Below, in pieces: positions 59,601 to 64,000 of a stretch of 64,000 nt of DNA; position 1 is the first letter of the stretch; every line of letters begins with the position of its first letter. The position numbers were made by a program, and so were the translations under genes. This stretch comes from Squalus acanthias (Eukaryota). The stretch covers positions 175,152,001 to 175,216,000 of the forward strand of contig CM059425.1 of NCBI GenBank assembly GCA_030390025.1, read 5' to 3'. A model generated the notes under the pieces. The model was not told the DNA's origin and searched no databases. It saw only the letters and a program-made list of their open reading frames with translations.

Positions 59601-60730
59601 GAAAATACTCCGATTTGTCTTTCTTGGATCCAAAGTGGATGACCTCACACTTTCCCACATTGAACTCCATTTGCCACAGGTCGCCCACTCACTTAATCCA
59701 TCTATGTCCCATTGTAATTTCCTGCTCCCATCCACGCTATTTACTGTGCCTCCCAACTGGGTCTTTTGCAAACTTCGATTATGCAACTCTCTATTCCTTT
59801 GTCCAGGTCATTGATAAATCTAGTGAAGAGGTGAGGCCTCAGTCTAGATCCCTGGGGAACATCGCTTTTCACATTGCACCAATCGGAATACTGCGAGTTA
59901 ATCCTAGTCTCTGTCTCCTACCTCCCAACCAGTTTCCAACCCATGCTGCAAGGTTGCCTCCAATTCTGTACACTTTCATTTTTCTAATCTCTTGTAAGGA
60001 ACCTTATCAGATGCCTCTGGAAGTCCATATAGATAACATCCATAGATACTCCCTTATCCGCCATGTTAGTGACCTCCTCAAAAAAATCAATTAAATTAGT
60101 CTTGCATCAATTAATGACCATGGTTGCCCAACTATACAAGTGGAGTTACTGACTTTTAGGGGTATATACTGGTCTTGTATTGTACCAAATGAGTACCTCC
60201 TACTGTTTGTAGGTTTACCTGCTAACAATTCATCCCAGTTTACTGTGATCAGTTTATGTCTCGTTCTTTTGAAGTCAGCCTTACTGAAGTTTAAAACCTT
60301 AGTTTGTGATTCTCCCTTTACCCTCTTTAACTTAACATCAAATTCAATCATGTTATGGTCACCTTCCCATTTTCCCTCCTTCAAGGAGATCAAGGAACTT
60401 TAGTAGACTTAATGCTCAATGTGTCCAAATGGTGCAAAGCAACAATGGACAAAGCCGATAAAATGTTGAACTACATAACTAAACAGCGGAATATAAGTCA
60501 CAGGAAGTCGTGATTAAGCTGTAGAATCTCTGATCAGATCACACCTTGTGTCCTGTTTTGGTCACCGAGACACAAGGGAGACATCTAAGCATTGAGACAG
60601 TGCAGATAAAAGCCACAAAGTTTATCCCTCGTCTTGGATGTCTTGAGTTATGAGGAAGGACTGGTGAACCTTGAAATATTCAGCCTTCAAAGGAAGTGTT
60701 GGAGGTGTCTGAGGGGTGATCTTCTAGCTG
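56690..60730. mobile_element. Cluster of nested CR1 fragments, mostly minus strand (plus-strand pieces at ~56690-56812 and ~60400-60730)
   Basis: ORFs 56901-57275, 57765-57956, 58303-58590, 59263-59451, 59482-59688, 60091-60393 all carry CR1 ORF2 motifs. Confidence 0.85.
58029..58116 (+). mobile_element. tRNA-derived SINE head (SacSINE1-like), truncated
   Basis: GTCAGCTGTGACTCAGTGGTAGCACTCTTG...AGTCAGAAGGTTGTG...CCCACTCCAGAGACTTGAGCAC; A box present, B box deleted. Confidence 0.6.
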
Positions 60731-61359
60731 TCCAGTTTGTAAGGAAACTTTTTTGAACAAAAATGCTGTGCTCTACGCAGTCTCCAGTGCACACAATACC
60801 TCCATTGTGCATTGTCTTCACAGTTGCTAGCCCCCAAAGTTGCCATTGCCAAACTTCTACCCTCTCTCAATACTAACTACTTCCTCCAAATTAATACCCT
60901 TGAAATGTTTACTTGCCCTGTCCACGAACCAGAGTTCTCTTAACTACAATAGCCACAACCTCAATCCCAGCCAAATGCTCAATGCAGTAAGTGTGAACGC
61001 CCCTCAAGCATTCACTACCCTTCCTGTTTCTTCACTTCTCTGTCCTCTATTCAAGTATCCACTACTTCACCGAATCCTCACCATTTTCCTCCCCTAACTG
61101 TTCACTTCATCTCTGAACTAATCCCTTTCCCCTCTACAACAGCTCACTTCCCCAGTCCCTTTAACTAGACATCCTTTCCCAAATCGTTACAAATCCAAAT
61201 CTGTATTTGTCTGTACTAATGGTACAGTATATAGCTATTTTAGAATAAAAATTCAATATTTAGTGATTGTAGCAAACAAAATCATGGTGTTATGCTGTTT
61301 TAAAGCCTCCTTAAGTGCACTTTTAATTTCTAAGTTTATAAGGTTCTTTTTTTTTCTAG

Positions 61360-61571
61360 GTGCAATGTCAGGAGCCAGAGAAAGCTGGGAGTATGATTCT
61401 GGAGCTCGAGACCTTCAGAGCCCAGAACTACATACTCATCCAACCCTTCAGAAACTATTAGAGTATGCAGGAGCTAACCTGGATCAGCAAGTCGCTCTGC
61501 AGAAACTCTTAGCACAGGCTTCAAGCTTGAGCCATCCAATGAGTGGCAGTTACTTGGAGCTAGCCAACACA
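61360..61571 (+). CDS. MCC: MCC coding exon 3
   Basis: Acceptor TTTTTTTTTCTAG|; (G)AMSGARESWEYDSGARDLQSPE...LQKLLEY...GSYLELANT; donor ACA|GTGAGT; phases 1/0; gene continues beyond the window. Confidence 0.96.
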
Positions 61572-61949
61572 GTGAGTGCTACACTATCTCTACTTATATG
61601 CATCTTTCTCCTCCTCACAAAATAAATGATCCAGATATGTACATAGCCTGGTTTTAGTAAGTGTCTGGGATTTAAAGTTTGCTCGTAGTAAACCTGTTGT
61701 TGGGTAAGAGTACCATCTTGAAAGTTAATTTATTTTAGGCTGGCTTCTGTGGTTTGTTTCAGACATTCATTGGTCATTCTATAAGGCATACATTCCAGCA
61801 GTCAGCATTTCCGTTGACAGCCAGTGTTCTGTGTGTGGAGTGGGGGACTGTGGTTAGTATGTTAGATTTTACATAAGTTCTTCCCTACAGTATGTAGCGG
61901 CCAGAATCATTTTTGTTAGCAGCACGATTTGGGTAGGAGCAATGCAGAA

Positions 61950-62005
61950 GGGAGAGGGGCGGTGGGGGTGGGGGTGGGGGGGGGGGGGGGGGGGCAGGGA
62001 AGGGA
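61950..62005 (+). repeat. G-rich tract / poly-G run
   Basis: GGGGCGGTGGGGGTGGGGGT followed by ~19 G. Confidence 0.9.
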
Positions 62006-62714
62006 GTTGATTTCAATGAATGGATGGAAATGGAAGGGAAAGGAAATGGGGTAGAAGCTGGGAGCCAGTGTTTTGGATTAGGGAGGAAGCAGAGTTACAT
62101 AATTAACTGAGGGAGGTGAAGTGGGCCAACATTGAACTGATGGAAGAGGGAAAGTGCCATTTTGTACAGGGGGCGGGGAGAAGACTGGCAGCTTGAATAA
62201 GAGTGAAAGCAAAGTAGCAGCTTGACGTGAGTTGCAGGAGTTGAAAGTACCATGTTGAATTGAGGGGAGTCCAGTAGAAGCTTTAACGGGAAAGAAGTGT
62301 GCCAAGTTAAATTGAAGAGGGGGAGGAGTGTGAGAATGAACTGGAAGGGTTAGAGAAGGAGAGGGCACCTCTGCAAAAGTGTAGAGAGTTGATTAAGGTA
62401 TAGCATCTCTGAACTGGAATAGGGTAAATTAATGTGGGAGTGTTGAGGTAACTTTTGGGGAAGTGATAGTTCGTCTGTTGAAAATCAAAATGTCACTTTG
62501 CAGTGCTTAAAATTAACCTGAATGCATAATTTTTTAATAAACAAATGAAAATGTTTCCAAGCGACAATGCCCCTGTACACTCCTAAAGTGTCATTATTTG
62601 GATTTACCCCTTCAGTCTTTCATGTACTGTTTTTTCCTTTCCAAATCAAGTGGGTATACCTAGAGCTTGTTAGAAAGCCCCTGTAACTAGTTGTTGTCAC
62701 ATATTGTAGGTTTG

Positions 62715-63290
62715 TAATCATAGGATATACAGCACAGAAACTGGCCATTTGGCCCAACCAGTCTATGCCAGTGTTTATGCTCCACTTGAGCCTCCTCCCG
62801 TCTTTCCTCGTCTAACCCTATCAGCATAACCCTCCATTCCCATCTCCCTCATATGCTTATCTAACCACCTCTTAAATGCATCTATACGATTCACTTCAAC
62901 CACTCCCTGTGGTAGTGAGTTCCACATTCTCACCACTCTGGGTAAAGAAGTTTCTTCTGAATTCCCTATTTGATCTTTTGGTGGCCTCTATTATGCTCTT
63001 CCCCACAAGTGGAAACATTCTCTCTCTATCCACTCTATCAAAACCTTTCATGATTTTAAAGACCTCCTATTAGGTCACCCCTCAGCCTTCTCTTTTCAAG
63101 AGAAAAGAGATCCAGCCTGTTCATCCTTTCCTGATGGGTATACCCTTGCATTTCTGGTATCATCCTTGTAAATCTTCTCTGCACCCTCTCCAGTGCCTCT
63201 ATATCCTTTTTATAATATGGCAATCAGAATTGCACACAGTACTCTTAAGTGTGGTCTAACCAAGGTTCGATCCAAGTTTAGCATAATCAG
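62715..63290 (-). mobile_element. CR1 LINE 3' fragment
   Basis: TACAGCACAGAAACTGGCCATT tail motif; AGGTCACCCCTCAGCCTTCT (RRLRGDL antisense). Confidence 0.85.
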
Positions 63291-63356
63291 GGTTGTTTTC
63301 AGTTGTCAGCTTTTGTGAAGCTGTTGGTCAGCCTTTGGTAGCTTTCTAGGTTGGCT

Positions 63357-64000
63357 TTTTTTTAAATTCGTTCCTGGTATGTGGGCGTCGCTGGCAAGGC
63401 CAGCATTAATTTTCCCAACCCTAATTGCCCTCGAGAAGGTGGTGGTGAGCCACCGCCTTGAACCGCTGCAGTCCATGCGGTGAAGGTACTCCCATAGTGC
63501 TGTTAGGGAGCGAGTTCCACGATTTTGATCCAGTGATGATGAAGGAATAGCGATATATTTCCAAGTCAGGATGGTGTGTGACTTGGAAGGGAACTTGGAG
63601 GTGATGGTGTTCCCATGCGCCTGCTGCCCTTGTCCTTCTAGGTGGTAGAGGTCGCGGGTTTGGGAGGTGCTGTTGAAGAAGCTTGACGAGTTGCTGCAGT
63701 GCATCTTGTAGATGGTGCACACTGCAGTCACGGTGCGTCAGTGGTGGAGGGAGTGAATGTTTACGGTGGTGGATGGGATGCCAATCAAGCGGGCTGCTTT
63801 GTCCTGGATGGTGTCCAGCTTCTTGAGTGTTGTTGGAGCTGCACTCATTCAGGCAAGTGGAGAGTATTCCATCACACTCCTGACTTGTGCCTTGTAGATG
63901 GTGGAAAGGCTTTGGGGAGTCAGGAGGTGAGACACTCGCTGCAGAATACCCAGCCTCTGACCTGCTCTTGTAGCCACAGTATTTATGTGGCTGGTCCAGT
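63357..64000 (-). mobile_element. Family B CR1-group LINE 3' part, running off the window
   Basis: High identity to 11520-12130 and 49360-49870. Confidence 0.9.

Overview
Eukaryotic, repeat-dense vertebrate genomic DNA. The repeat families point to a cartilaginous fish (shark); that assignment is an inference. The only recognisable host gene is MCC on the + strand. Its first three coding exons are 32114-32238, 55826-56073 and 61360-61571, with consistent GT-AG phases. Its promoter region is a 13-copy ~60-bp tandem repeat, each unit carrying an inverted CCAAT (NF-Y) box and a G-tract. Most of the rest is nested mobile DNA: many CR1 LINEs (three with an SGNH-esterase ORF1), L2, RTE and L1/Tx1-like remnants, a Penelope-like element with palindromic derivatives carrying minimal hammerhead ribozymes, a decayed Helitron RepHel gene, hAT- and Harbinger-like MITEs, and SINEs. 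The most interesting signals are: (1) a single-ORF CR1-group LINE that begins with a tRNA-like Pol III promoter head and has no TTTT terminator on its sense strand, plus internally deleted SINE-like derivatives (candidate Pol III-transcribed autonomous LINE); (2) an in-frame G_GGU_UUA slippery heptamer at the ORF1/ORF2 junction of all three ORF1-bearing CR1 copies, with ORF2 in the -1 frame (candidate programmed -1 frameshift); (3) the NF-Y VNTR promoter; (4) intronic hammerhead ribozymes; (5) a second CCAAT/GC-box promoter-like island inside MCC intron 1. Repeat boundaries were read by eye and are approximate unless TIRs/TSDs are quoted.
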